Below are positions 25,630 through 38,409 of a stretch of DNA of 64,000 nucleotides, piece by piece. The number at the start of each line of letters is the position of its first letter. The stretch's first letter is position 1. The notes beneath the pieces were generated by a model, which did no database searches, had not been told where the DNA came from, and saw only the letters and a list, made by a program, of their open reading frames with translations. The position numbers and the translations under genes were made by a program. The stretch comes from Eukaryota sp. TZLM1-RC (lineage: Eukaryota; Protista; Metamonada: BaSk clade), in assembly GCA_040285825.1 (NCBI GenBank), contig JAUPSS010000007.1, positions 768,501-832,500 of the forward strand, written 5' to 3'.

Positions 25630-26760
25630 TTCTATTTTGTGTCAATCAGCTTTTTTTTGGTGGATGCAAGAATTTTACTTATTAATTTTCTCGTAGATTT
25701 CCTGAAGATTCTCATTTGTTAGTTCCCAGTTGCAGTCCATCTTTGAATGAGTTATCTTGTGAACTCGATAGATTGTCACCACAAATCTAGACCAAATGTT
25801 TTCCCCAATCAATTCAAGAAATTAATCACTTAACTTTTATTAAATTTACACACCTTACAAAATAAAATCATAACTAATGGAACGAAATTCATTGAACCAA
25901 AATTTCCTTTATAAAATCTTGATCTGCTTGCTGTCTAGCTAAGGCTTCTCTAATTCGATTGAAAAACCGAGGCAATCTATTAATAATGGCAAATTGAATT
26001 CGAGAGCGCCACAAAAGGATATCAAATCTTTTCATTGTTTTTACTTGAATCATTTTTTGGAAATCATTCAAAAAAGTTTTTTGCTTCTACTGATAGTCTT
26101 CTGTTTATCGAAAATGGGGAAGCAATAAAAACAAGTGGTCTATTTCTATCAGCATTAGCTTCGATTCAAGAAATTCCAAACCGATCTCTTTTTGATTTGC
26201 AGTTTTGTTGTAAAAGCTTCAACAAAAATTGTCAAAGATTTTTGAAAGCTTGGATTTTGATGTTAGACTTAACTCGGCCAAGAAAATAATCCCGCTTTTG
26301 CAAATCTTTTCAAGATATGTGTGATAGTACTTCTTCTGCTTAAGTAACAACCATTCCTCAAGTTTATGATACTGTCTTAACTGATTCTGCTTGGACTCTG
26401 AATATGAGACTTCGTTCCTTTATCTGGCCTGTTAATTTACCTCATAATTTAATTTATACATGTTCTCGAAAAATTACAATTACTCATTTGTTAAATTGTA
26501 AACATTTTATTACTTTTAGAAGCAAGGTTCACGATGCTGTCAGAGACCAATTAGATTGTATGTGTAAGTCTCATAAAATTGAATCTTTTTTGAAACCTCT
26601 GTTGTCAAATATGTTTGATGCTGAAGATGATTTTCATAAGAATAATGGAGGTGATGCCATATTACCTGGATCAGATGGAACCTTCATTTTATTGGATGTA
26701 ATGCCTGTTGATCCTTGTAATGTCTCAAATGAAATGCTTGTTAATTCTGAAATTCAAAAT
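25630..26760 (+). mobile_element. CRE-like family-A fragment interrupted by a family-B insertion
   Basis: Colinear with 61790-62565; the family-A sequence resumes after the nested insert. Confidence 0.85.
25824..26163 (-). mobile_element. Family-B CRE-like 3' fragment nested in family A
   Basis: KRFDILLWRSRIQFAIINRLP frame; 12-bp TSD ATTCAAGAAATT (25812-25823, 26164-26175). Confidence 0.85.
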
Positions 26761-26850
26761 CGTCAAAATAAAACAAATTAATTCATTTGATTTACAGTCT
26801 TTAAAACTCTTCAGAGGTTACAACTATTTGACTTTTTGTGCCACTAGCCA

Positions 26851-27337
26851 ATGTCTACACCAGCTAAACGACGTCTCATGTATGATCTTCGACGACTTCA
26901 AAAGGATTGTCCCTCTGGTATTTCTGCTGCTCCTTCTTCAGACAATGTACTTGAATGGACTGCTGTCATCTTTGGTCCTCCACAGACACCTTGGGAGGAT
27001 GGTTGCTTTAAGCTCTCTTTATCATTTACAGAATCGTTTGTTCTTCTTCAATACTCACCTCAGATATCCCAATGAACCACCGAAAGTTCGTTTCATCTCA
27101 ACAATGTTCCATCCCAACATTTATAGCGATAACACCATATGTCTGGATATTCTACAGAGTCAATGGAGTCCGATCTATGATGTTGTTAGCGTTCTTACTT
27201 CTATTCAGTCCCTCCTCAATGATCCTAATCCCGCTTCCCCGGCAAACTCTCTGGCTGCTAGGTTGTTTACCACTAATAAAGCTGAATACACAAGGCGTGT
27301 TCGGGAGGTGGTAGAGAAGTCTTGGAGTAGTGATTGA
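26851..27337 (+). CDS. RAD6: Ubiquitin-conjugating enzyme E2 (Rad6/UBC2), intron 27036-27063
   Basis: [17 protein letters not shown]...TPWEDG...FTES|YPNEPPKV...HPNIY...ICLDILQ...WSPIYDV. Confidence 0.95.
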
Positions 27338-27858
27338 GGTGATTTATTAATAAAATTATCTTGATTATTTGTTTTTAAAGATTAATTTTTTTTCAAGATT
27401 TGTTCAATTTTGCTTGAATATATTCTTATTTCATCTAATTAAAATGATTAAACAAAAATCCAAATAAAACAAGATACAAAAAATCCTACCTAATGCGAAG
27501 TACTGATGTTAAACACGGCTGAAGGTAATTATTTCTGACTCTGCCTTCAATTTTTCTACTCATTTCGTGATAATAACAATAACAAACACTAATCCACACG
27601 ATTGGTATCAATAACACAAATGAAAATCAGCATTCTTCCAGTGAGTATCTCCTCTTCATCACTCAATTTTCTGATTCTTCTTATGATGACGTAGGAACAT
27701 CATCTTGAAAATCATGATTGTCTTCAACGCCACTTAACATATGTGAAAAATCATCTCCAGAATTGACAAAACACTAAGTGACTTTGGATACAAGGTCAAC
27801 ACTGCACAGTAAAAGCAAGTTGTGTGGACAGATGTAGGAAAAATGCAGATGAGCCTGT

Positions 27859-27988
27859 TGATGCTTTAAGTCTCATGTGTAACAGATAGAGAATAGAGAT
27901 GTTTATTGAATTTCACCGGCCCTTATAAAGGCCATCACTAGTGAAGTATAATAACAAATGTACTAGACTAATTGTCCACAGTACAACA
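27859..27988 (-). mobile_element. Solo LTR of the Ty3/gypsy family at 43899-49857
   Basis: Shares GGCCCTTATAAAGGCC, TCACTAGTGAAGT and TACTAGACTAATTGTCCACAGTACAACA with 49730-49857; flanks CTGT/CTAT (imperfect 4-bp TSD). Confidence 0.8.
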
Positions 27989-28201
27989 CTATTGTACTTT
28001 AACGCCCACTGTTTTCAAAAACAAACTCTGAACAGGAGGACAAAGAAAGCAGTCTCAGTCAGACTAACTCTGCACTGGGAGTAATTATTTCCAGCAAAGT
28101 AGCTGAAATTTAACCCAAAGACCTTGTAAGGGTTGGGAAAAAATAAAAAAAAAGGTTAAATTATGTATTTGAAATGCAGATATTTACAAAAAGACTAAAA
28201 C

Positions 28202-28495
28202 TCACTCCTGACAAGGACTACGCACTATATGAGTGCCAAACAGTGACATCCAAAACTGTGGAGTGTCGAAGGCAAATGACGACGTCCTTTTCCTAGGGAG
28301 GAACATTGGAGGACTATCTTCCACATCAGATTCAGAATTCAATGACTCAGATGAAAAGGTGAGGTTTTCATCTGAATCAGACACATAAGTGGTGTTGATG
28401 AAAGAAGGTGGGAAAGAAGGACTATCTATACATGGATGATTGACAAACGACAGCTCCATGCCGTCTACCTGAAGCGTTTCAAAGTCGCAATGCAT
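28202..28495 (-). CDS. Small Ser/Asp-rich hypothetical protein
   Basis: 97 codons from the first ATG, with coding-like composition; starts about 20 nt beyond the predicted omegaRNA-2 scaffold. Confidence 0.4.
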   Translation of the reverse strand: MHCDFETLQVDGMELSFVNHPCIDSPSFPPSFINTTYVSDSDENLTFSSESLNSESDVEDSPPMFLPRKRTSSFAFDTPQFWMSLFGTHIVRSPCQE

Positions 28496-28496
28496 T

Positions 28497-28621
28497 GGTA
28501 CAAAATTGGTGACAGAGAATTTCACACAAAGTGAATATTGAATAAATATCCCGAATAATTGTGTAAACTTCTCAAGGGTTAGTATACACTAAACACCTTG
28601 GAAATACGTTGATTAAAACAG
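28497..28621 (-). ncRNA. Candidate omegaRNA of Fanzor copy 2
   Basis: Same 5' motif and TGAAATTC 3' motif as copy 1 at nearly the same spacing (105 vs 104 nt after TAG); hairpin 28573-28600; 15-bp terminal stem 28515-28529/28559-28573. Confidence 0.65.
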
Positions 28622-30489
28622 CTACTGCAGTCTTCTTAGACGTCTCACACGCCTTGGCCTTCGGAATGGTTCTGGCCTAGTAGCAGTGAAATACTCACTA
28701 ATTGCAATCTCCAGCTGGTTTCTGGAGGCTGAGATGTCTCTAGACCAGTTGGTCTGACATCGAGGGCAATCGAACTTTGCGTTATTTACCCTTCCGTCAT
28801 CATGATAGATCTTTCTATGAAAGACCTTACAGCAATTCACTTTTGCTGAGGTCATAAACTCGTCCCCGACTTTGACGCTTTCAAAGTGTTTTTTGATTTG
28901 TTTGAGAAATTTCTTTCGGGGGGATTTCACAGATTGACGAGATGGACCACCACCGCCATTGCCGAACCAAACTATAGTGTTTCTTCCTTCAGACAAGCGT
29001 TTAATTTTGTTAATAAAACTAGTTAGTCTCTTTTATCTTCGTATGAAGAAATCAAACTTATTTCTTCTCAGCTTTTTTCTTGCAACACGCTGCAAATTTC
29101 CAGACATAATTGAAGCATATTCAGGCTCTTCCTCAGATTCAGGAACATAAGGTAAACTTATTTCAATCAGATACTCTTGGAAGCTCTGAGCGGAATAAGT
29201 GTTAGGAGTTGCTTGAGTGAGAGGAGGGGGGTGATTTAGTCTTCGTTCTTTTGGATTCAGTAGCAGTCCAGAACGTTCAAAAACAGTAGCAGAATTTCGG
29301 AAAGAACCAGCAGTCCAACCACAAAGATTGTTGTGGTTTGGATCAATGGCTACAAAAAACAAATTTTCATCAGGATCTCTGTAATTGGGCTGTTGTTCCA
29401 CTGGTAACCGCGGTCTTCTCTGTGGATTTGCTGTTCTAAGGACATTGGGTTTTCGCTTCCTTTCAGAGTTATGAAAATCATAATTTCCAGAGGCTCGCCT
29501 GGGCTCAAATTCCGCTTTATTTGGCCTATTATAAGTTTTTCTTTCCTTCTGGGTAAACGTAAACCGCAAGGAATCACCATTCGAAAAAATGGTATAGTTA
29601 ATAAATTTCGATTTATTAAAAAACCGATAAGGGTTGTTCAGAAGCTCTTTGTTTGCATTTAGTTTTGTGAAATAAGCTTCTGCTTCTTTAGTCAAGCTGC
29701 AGAAGCATGGAGAGCTAACTGGACAGTGGAGAGAGAGTGCCTTTTCATCACATCAGGGCAGTTATCTTCTAAAAAAGATAAATTGTTCAAGCCAGATTGA
29801 ACGATTGTTGCAGCAGACTCCATATTGATGGGAAACCGTTCGTTTCTTATTGAATTTTCGAACAAATTTTGACCGCCACCAATATAGGCGTTGGCTGTCA
29901 TATTGAGCCAATGGACCAAGATATGCTGGTGTATTTCTTGATACCATTGTAAAATTGACTCATCTGGCTGAATCCCTTGAAGTACACAGTCGGCGTATTT
30001 CTTGGGCCAGGGGCAATTTAGAAACTGAGCACAGCTTTTGAAAAAATTGCGTTTCCAGACGACAGGGCCGTCAGCAAGCAACTGACAAAAAGCTTCTCGC
30101 AGTTGGATGGGTCGACTGCCAAGAAGAGTGGAAAGACACCAAAATCTACCACCGTCGGCTGAGGTGGTTTCATTCAGCGGTCGCCAGGGCCAAAAGTGCT
30201 GAACAAGGTGTTGTAGCGCTTGGTAAACCAAAGGATGGTTTTCAAATGGCCTCCTTTGTTTAGGCTCACTTTGGCAAACAAAGTCGAAACAGAGGCTCCA
30301 GAACTGGCTTTGAGTAAGCCACATAGAGTGTTCTGGGTATTGGAGCACAAAGAGTCGTGCTAGGTGAGTAGCATGAGCTCCAATACTAGCAAGAACTTGG
30401 AACTGGCGTTCCATTGCTTCTTGTGCCTCTGAGTCGAAGAACTGGTTGACAGACGCTCCCACAGTTGTAGTTAGTAGAACGTTATCCAT
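28622..30489 (-). pseudogene. Second Fanzor1-type nuclease, disrupted
   Basis: Three ORFs colinear with copy 1; VAIDPN, GDEFMTS and WSRDISASRN retained; frameshift near 29700-29735 and in-frame TAA at 29033-29035 where copy 1 has Gln. Confidence 0.88.
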
Positions 30490-30951
30490 GGCAGTCAACA
30501 CAGAACGGAAACAGTCAGAAATGATTGAAAATTTGTTTCCTAAAATTGAAAATTTGTTGAAGTCAATCAATCTTATAGTTGTCAATTCAAAGTAAAGTTA
30601 GTTACAAGTGTTTATTAATGAGACATATCGTTCAAGATTACTTTCTGAATATTTTCCTTTCTTCAGACAAGAACTACATGTTACAAAAGTTGGTGAGTGA
30701 AGTTTGGTTGGGTTGTCATCATTCCCCAGATTCGTAATTGAATTTCATTTCATCACTTACAACATTTCATCATTTACTCTACTACGAACCTTCTCCTACG
30801 AATTCTTGCTTGCAGCTACTACCACTCTTTATGTCGGAAATTGAGAATCACTTTTATTTTAAGTAAAGTTTTTTTTCTTCCTTCCTCTATGGAATAGAAC
30901 CATGAATACAAGATTGATTCTGGAATCAAATCAAATATAAAAGTCTCTACT

Positions 30952-31413
30952 ATGCAGGGGCACTTATTTCGTAGAATGATCAACACAGAGCTGTTACTAC
31001 ATTGTCATAGGTCCCTTCCCTCAAGTTCTTTTGTGGCTGCCTGGACTTCATATGAATCAGTCTGGCTGTCTTCCCTCTCTTCTATTCCTGATGTTCCACA
31101 CCTTGTATCAAAGCTACAGAAGAGTCTACTTCCTGCATGTTTTCATCCTCAGTTCCAAAACTTTTCCAAACACTGGTTTTCACTACTCAACACTGATTGT
31201 GACTTATCCCATGCTTCGGCAATAGTAATCCTCCTTTGCTCAATTAAACCATCATTCATCACCCCATCATGGAATCATGATTGGCAACTAATTGTCTCCC
31301 TTTTGTACAAACTAACAACCTCAACCCTGCCCCACCCTTTCCTTCTTTCTCTTTATCAACTTCTCTCTACCCTCGTCACTTGCTTCCGTCCTTTTTCTGA
31401 CCCTAATTGGTGA
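30952..31413 (+). CDS. Hypothetical helical protein, probably truncated
   Basis: 153-aa Leu/Ser-rich ORF with host-like composition; ends within a short local duplication. Confidence 0.4.
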   Translation: MQGHLFRRMINTELLLHCHRSLPSSSFVAAWTSYESVWLSSLSSIPDVPHLVSKLQKSLLPACFHPQFQNFSKHWFSLLNTDCDLSHASAIVILLCSIKPSFITPSWNHDWQLIVSLLYKLTTSTLPHPFLLSLYQLLSTLVTCFRPFSDPNW

Positions 31414-31650
31414 CAAATTGACAAATTGGTGACAAGATGGTACTAATACTGCAGTGTGATTTTCCAGAAATGAAATTACCAGTATTCGACATTTGTTCTG
31501 CATCAGTAATCATAATGACTAAAACAATGAAGATAGACATTGAAGGACTTATTACTGTTAATATTTCCAAATGATTACTATTTATCATATTATTACGCAG
31601 CCTTATTAGATTTATTGGCACAATCGCGCACCTTCTGACTAAGTTTCATG

Positions 31651-32118
31651 CAGTGCTCGGACACCATTACGTGGTTCAACTTTGCCACGTGGTGGTCTTC
31701 TTGATGGTCAAATTCATTACCTTATTCTTTTCTCAATTCTTTGTTCTAATGCCATGACCTGGTAGAAAAAACTGTGTATTCGAATTCATATCCCCTAATA
31801 ATGATAATGATGAAGTTACCTTCATGTTTCGGAGGATATTGAGGAAGAATGATTTTCAATTGACTGTTTTCTTGTTTCAATAGTTAAATTTTGGATTTAG
31901 TATTTGGTGTGTTAATGTTAGCCTTGGAAAGTTTTATATTTAGTGTATATATACTATAGCGCTTATTCATGATGCGCAGTTAGTTAGAATTGTCAGAAAG
32001 TAATAGCATTTCACAGGCTGAAAAACACACCTCTACGTGGTTGAAATTTACCACCATAAAGACCACGCTGTGTCACATGGAGGGTAGTCCCGCCATGGTG
32101 GAAAAATTCCGAACACGG
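31651..32118. mobile_element. Non-autonomous hAT-type MITE
   Basis: Imperfect TIRs CAGTGCTCGGA / TCCGAACACGG, 8-bp TSD GTTTCATG / TTTTCATG, subterminal ACGTGG repeats. Confidence 0.7.
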
Positions 32119-33588
32119 TTTTCATGTCTCTGAAACTTCAAGCTTCTAAGGATCAAAGTTTATATTACGTTAACTTGTTTAGTTACCTTGAAACATCCCT
32201 TGAGCAATTCGGTCTCATATATTGAGTTGCAATACAAAAGCTACCATATTTTTATGTTGAGAACCGATGCACAGACCTTGTGCGAATTCTCTGCTTTCGC
32301 GTAATTCACATTTGTTGTTCGATGCAATCATGAAAACCTCCCAATAAGCAGTTTTGAAGACCCAGAGTGGGAGGTTTACAAGATTATGGCTCATTTTTTA
32401 TGTAATGTATCTTGTATAGTGCATATATGTCTATATCATGGATGATTCATTGTTGGTTTTTTGACTGTATTACACAACGTTCTGAAAACACAATCTTTGA
32501 CCCAAAAGACAACTTGGATACAAAGAATTGGGACCACATTAAATTAGAACCAAACAAACCGGCCACAGACCTGATCTTTTCATTATTATTGACTCTGTCA
32601 CCCCTCCAAATTTCTGCGTTGGAAACAAATTTATTAGAAACAAATGATGTACATAATTTGTTGAAATAAATTGTTCTTTATTGATTCAATTCTTTTCAAA
32701 ATAACCTTGTGTCATCACCATTTTGATCAAGTAGCAATTTGAAAGATTTGAATTCTGAGGACTAAATGAAAAACACCATTACTGCGAAATGCTTGTACTG
32801 ATTCAACTAGAGAATATTTTTGAAACACTTAAGTGTTGTGTAATAATTATTATTTTGTTGTTGAATGTCACTCCGATTGATTGTCACAAATATATTTATG
32901 TTTAATTGTTTTGAATACAATGGTTTTTTTAAATAACACGTATTCAATTTATTGCTCATTAAACAGTATCAATTGCTGCAATTCCAAACCTCAATTGTTA
33001 GTACTTCCAAACTCCAGTCTACAACATCAACATCTCTGCGACTCTTCCCTGTTCTTATCTATTCAGACTAACCGAGGCCTCTAAACTTTCAAAGGACGTC
33101 ATTAACTTTGACAACTTCCAAGGTTTGTTGAGGATTGTCTGTGGAGTAGAAGTTGGTACAGAATTGTAAGAAAACTGTACACTACACTGTACACTCAAAA
33201 AACTTTTACAAAAATATCAAAAATGATTCAAACAGAATTGTTTTTCTGATGAGCCACTAACAGTAAGTTAATTGTAAGGAAAAGGAAGCAGGTAAATGTT
33301 TATTGATCTTTTACAACCACCTGTTCGAATTATCTATATGATAAGAGCACATGTGTTGGCAACATTAGTGGAAACTGTGACAAGAGATATCATTATTCTA
33401 ACAGTAATTGGAAGATAGAAATTAATTGACTCATTGTTGTAAACTTTTCATTAGAAGAAGAGAACAATCAAGGCTCATACGAAAGACCTAATCTCCATCA
33501 TTCATAAATAATTATATAAAATCGAAAACACGTTTATTTGTATTTTTTTAAAAAAGATTACTATTGTGTACAGAAACTACAACATGAT

Positions 33589-34378
33589 TTACATCATACC
33601 ATACGAGATACCGGCTTGTTGCTTAGGTGAAGCTTGTTCTTCAACTTTTTCAGCAACAGTGGCTTCAGCAGTAGAAGGAGCTTCAGGCTCCATTGGTTGA
33701 CCACCCTCCGTTGGCACTTGTTCCTTCTCCTCCGGTTGTCCTTCTTGTTTTTGTTCTTCAGATGGTTGTTCTGAAGGTTTAGACTCAGTTTTAGGCTCAG
33801 TCGTGGTTGTAGATTCTGCAGCAGATTCGGTCTTTGTTTCAGCAGTAGTGACCTCTTCGGAAGTTTCCATGGGTTCACCTTTCTTCTCTTCCTGTATGGA
33901 TTGTTCTTCCGTAAAAATGTCCTGGACTGGCTCAGCCTGGAGAATTTGTTGTTCAGGTACAACAAAGGAGAATGGAATATCTTCTACACTCTGGTCGTCC
34001 TCGAACAGAATACGAAGAACAGGCTTTCCATCAGGCCTAATTTCCTTGACTTCACCTCTGTAGGCTGATATTAGTTGAAGTGATAAAGTAAATACCTTGC
34101 GTTGACCATTCACCGAGATCTTCGAGGTAGACCAGTGCAAGAACGGTTTGTCCCGGCGAATATTCATGGGCTGGAACGTCCTGCTCAGGGGTCCATGGAT
34201 ATACATCCTTGCGTGGAACCTTGAAAATACGACGCCTTTGATCTGGTTCAGGTTGAGGATCACGGACCTTGACGGAGTCACCAACTTGGTCATCGACGAC
34301 CTGAGCCAAAATGTAGGACCAGTTTCTGGGAAACAATTCAACTTTAGCTAAACACGATTGTCCTTTTTTGAAGAGCAT
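33589..34378 (-). CDS. SGF29-like tandem tudor protein with acidic tail, intron 34065-34095
   Basis: YILAQVV...VRDP...GQTVLAL...STQ|AYRGEV...ILFEDD matches the SGF29 tudor pattern; a 31-nt GT-AG intron joins the two ORFs. Confidence 0.7.
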
Positions 34379-35318
34379 TTATGAATGTAGAAAGTATGTA
34401 AGGAAGGGTTGAGAGATGTTTAAGAGATGCTGCCTCAAGATATCCGAAAAAAGTGGAGTATTTCAGAATCAATCCTGATGCACATATTTTCAGTATTACA
34501 CAAACGTTTTTGAACGCGGCTGTGACTGCGTACGTCTGTTTCCCAACTGACATTGAGTGTCCTACTAGTACTTGTAAAACAGTCAATAGAACCCAACTTT
34601 GTAACAAAATTTGTTTTTGATTGTGAAACTTTTTATCAACAAATACTACCTTAATAATTACAACACAAAACTCGAAGTTATAACCAAGATCCGTATTTAG
34701 TGAAGTTTATTTAAACATTTTAAAATAAGAAGTGAATTGTTTTATAATTTAAGTGTGTGGAGCGTCTTTTTCCAAACATACGTTGAAAAATTAGCGTTTG
34801 GTTCAACAGTAATCTAAATTGATGTTAAGCAGACCTTTAGGAACTTTACTTCAAACATCAAGATCAAAAAAACTTATCCTGTGAATAAACAGGTTTATAT
34901 TATTTAATAAGTTTATCTTGAAATAATGTCACAAATAAACACTGAATGACCCAATATATAGGTTAACTCATTACTTAACATTAGCAGTGTTGATTTAAGG
35001 ACTTCTACCAATGGAACTTTATCTATAAACAATTTTGTAGTACAGAATGCAATACTTCGTTAACGAAGAAGAATTGTAATAAACTATCGCAGATATTCAT
35101 TCAAAAACTAAATTAATTAATGCCAGTGTTTGCGCTTCATAAACGCTGTTCTATTAAAAGTTCAACATTGTGATGTTGATATTGTGCATAATCATGGTGT
35201 GTAAATTATTTGAATGTCAACGTCATTTACATACCATGCTCCGGCTGGACACAAATAGTCTAATCTGTTCTGTTGTTGTTCTACAAATTATTTCCCCATA
35301 ATTCCTACTAGATACACT

Positions 35319-35910
35319 TAATTGTATTTATTGAATTTGCACACTTAATTAAATTAACTCAATGCTAATGGGACGACTATCATTGAACCATGATTTCCTC
35401 TACACAATCTTGATCTGCTTGCTGTCTAGCTAAAGCTTCTCTTATTCGATTGAAAAACCGAGGTAATCTATTAATAATGGCAAATTGAATCCGTGAACGC
35501 CATAAAAATATATCAAATCTTTTCATTGTTTTTTCTTGCACCATTTTTTGGAAGTCATTCAAAAAAGTTTCTGCTTCAACTGATAATCTTCCATTTAACG
35601 AAAATGGGAAAGCAATAAAAACCAGTTGTGTATTTCTATCGACATTAGCCTCTTCAATATCTTTATCATATTTTCTATGTTTCTTTTTTGCTTTAAAATC
35701 CAGAGCAGCCACAGGATTAAGTTTTCTTCTGTGAACCAAAGTATCATTTGCAACATTACATGAGACAAAGTCAACAATAGCTTCAGAATTATCAATCCAA
35801 TCACAGTATACATCACCTCTATCATCAGAACCAAAATTATTCAGAGAAAGTGTTCCTTCAGCAGGGGCTCTTTGATACACGATATCCTTGCAGTTTGTGC
35901 CATATTGAAA
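35319..35910 (-). mobile_element. 5'-truncated CRE-like element, family B, with intact RLE frame
   Basis: DRGDVYCDW...VDFVSC...KAKKKHRKY...FPFSLNGRL; TSD ACTAGATACACT (35307-35318, 35911-35922). Confidence 0.88.
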
Positions 35911-36892
35911 ACTAGATACACTCAATGCATTGGTGGATTTAATAAAATGTAATTGTGAAATATTAAGTTAATGACAATAAGTCGGTCCTATCATTTGTAC
36001 TGACTGCCTTTGAAGTTGTATAACATTTGTTAATAACCATCAGTGTTTTTCAGCTTGTGTACATTCTCACGTTTCAATTTACTTACTCATTTGTCAAATT
36101 TTTGAAAACCACCAAACCTCTGCTGATGCTGAAAAACTCCATCAATGAATGTTTGAGTATTTCACTAAGCGTTAAAAAGCCGCACTGTTGGGTCATTAAA
36201 GGCATGCATCGGAAACATAACCTAGAAAACGGACAAACGGGTAATTTATGACAGTATTGGAAACAATCGAGAAATTGTTCAAGAATCCAATTATAGAAAT
36301 GATGACGTGGCATTACGTGATAACTGTAAAATACTAAAATAACTAAACTACTGTGGCTAGGAGCCAACGTAAGTGTACATTATAGTGATTGTTGACTTTT
36401 TGGTAATATAATCTTCAATAAATTCCTATGTTCAATGTTCTCTGTTTCTGAATTTGAATAAAAAATGTTGGTAAATTATCCAAATTTTTCAAAGCCCTTT
36501 TCCAAAAAATGTTATAACTTTTACAATAACTGGTAATGTTCCCAACACTTGCCTCTTGTATGACAGATTTGACCATTTTTAGTGTTACAGTTAACCTCTC
36601 CACTATTTTAATCACTTGGGATTCAGTGGTAGGAAAATGAAATTTGGTAGATGTATACCATCTGGCAGTGGTAAAAGAACTAATAAAAATGAAGCTTTCT
36701 GTCCGATCTCCTATATATCCTACTGATTTCTTGTAATTATTTATGGTTCAAACCAACTTCTAATTCAAAAAAAGTACAATTAATAAAAGGAAACTGTATT
36801 ATTACTAAAATAAGACTAAAATAACTAATAGCAAAGAACCACTAATTTCCAGTGTTCGGGGGTGCGGGTTGCGTGAACACCGGCGAACACCA

Positions 36893-37687
36893 CTAATTTC
36901 CCATATGATAGACCATTTCAACTTGACCATTATCCAAAATCGAAATAGAAAGAGTAGTGCTGGCATTGGTGATAGTAGAAAGCATCTTAAACCACCAGCC
37001 ATATTCTGATTCAAAAAAATAATCGAGGAAAAAACCTCCTTGGATAGGGTCATGGGTTCGAGTCCCAGTGGTTGACTGTTTGAAGGCAATTTCAAATCTT
37101 GAATCAACTATTGTTCTAAACATTTGTTGATATTCAAGTGATTCAGGAACATGAATCATATGGGCTTTGATTAAATCTAGTGTCTCTGGTAGTAGATTCT
37201 TCAGCACAAGAACAGCACTTGTCTCATCATCCCTTGGTGGCATAGATCGGTCGCCAGGATGCTTAATGTCAAGGTCGATCACTGTATGGGATGTTGGTGA
37301 GCTAGATTGCAGGTTGAGCACAGCAAAAAGTTGAGGAGATGTTGTGATTGTTGAGTTAGTACGTGAAATGACGTTAAGTGACAAATATAAGGGTTCTTCA
37401 TGGTAATCAAGTTGAGATACAGTACTGAAGGTGAATTGGGCATTGGCAAGTATTGAATAACCAGTGCCGAAACAGCCGATGGTAAAGTAGCCACTCGTCC
37501 CCGGCAAAATAGACTCTATTGTACCAATTGAATCAAGACGACATTCGGGTGAGATCTGAGTTGACTCAAGCAACAGAATCTTGTCATGGAAAGAGTTGCC
37601 AATTCTACCGATCGCTATGTTCTTATAAGCAGACCCAAGTGTGAGTGTGGTTGAGAAGAGAAGCAAAAAACATATAAATGGAGACAT
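36893..37687 (-). CDS. Secreted or surface hypothetical protein
   Basis: 264-aa ORF with N-terminal signal peptide MSPFICFLLLFSTTLTLGSA. Confidence 0.65.
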   Translation of the reverse strand: MSPFICFLLLFSTTLTLGSAYKNIAIGRIGNSFHDKILLLESTQISPECRLDSIGTIESILPGTSGYFTIGCFGTGYSILANAQFTFSTVSQLDYHEEPLYLSLNVISRTNSTITTSPQLFAVLNLQSSSPTSHTVIDLDIKHPGDRSMPPRDDETSAVLVLKNLLPETLDLIKAHMIHVPESLEYQQMFRTIVDSRFEIAFKQSTTGTRTHDPIQGGFFLDYFFESEYGWWFKMLSTITNASTTLSISILDNGQVEMVYHMGN

Positions 37688-38409
37688 TGTTTTTCACTGT
37701 TAGGGGATTGGTTTTTGTTTCAAAAACTGTTGTGTTTCATTGTATAGGGTTTGATTTCCTTTCATAACCAAGTTCCATTTTTCGTGATTCAAGATGGAGT
37801 TTACACAAGAAAAGTTGTTTTTCAATTGAAACATACTGTAAGTATTTACACTATTTTAGAGTGTTCGACTTAGCTATTTGTTTTGTAATTAATTTTAATG
37901 TATAAGTCAGTGGAGACCTCACTAGTCATGGTATTGAAATTCAGTATAGCTCATCTTTTTGTGTATTAATTAACATATCAGTAAGTCCTATATCCTGTTC
38001 ATGTCAGAAAACCCTAAGCCTAGCCCTCCATCAACCACACACTATTATTACTAAACTTTCTAGAGGTTGGGCAGAGATGAGCAAGAATTGAGCATGGAAA
38101 AGTGGTGGGATGAAGAAGACAAATGATCCTTAAATTGGCAGGCCAAATAGGTTGACTTGTAACACCAATCTAACTTTTCAATTTGCCAAATTCAAAGCTC
38201 AAATACACAAAATATATTCTATAAATCGTTTTTGCTTTACTTTTGTCCTTTGAATTCGAAAGGGGTTGTTCATTTTGAACAAAAGACTTTTTTATAGATT
38301 TTTATTAAACTATTGACTATTAATATTACAACTTAATCCATTATAGTACTCCTGAATTAACAAAAAGGTAAGGGTAAGTTAAAATTACCGAAAATGTGTC
38401 CACATTCGC

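Noticed and set aside
29033-29035. TAA aligned to Gln in Fanzor copy 2, suggesting a TAR=Gln genetic code
   Set aside because: Conserved genes end at TAG/TAA in the expected places (enolase, eIF1A, DNAJC7), so this is a nonsense mutation.
37030-37075. GGGTTCGAGTCCC tRNA T-arm-like motif
   Set aside because: No D-arm, anticodon or acceptor stem; it lies antisense within a CDS.
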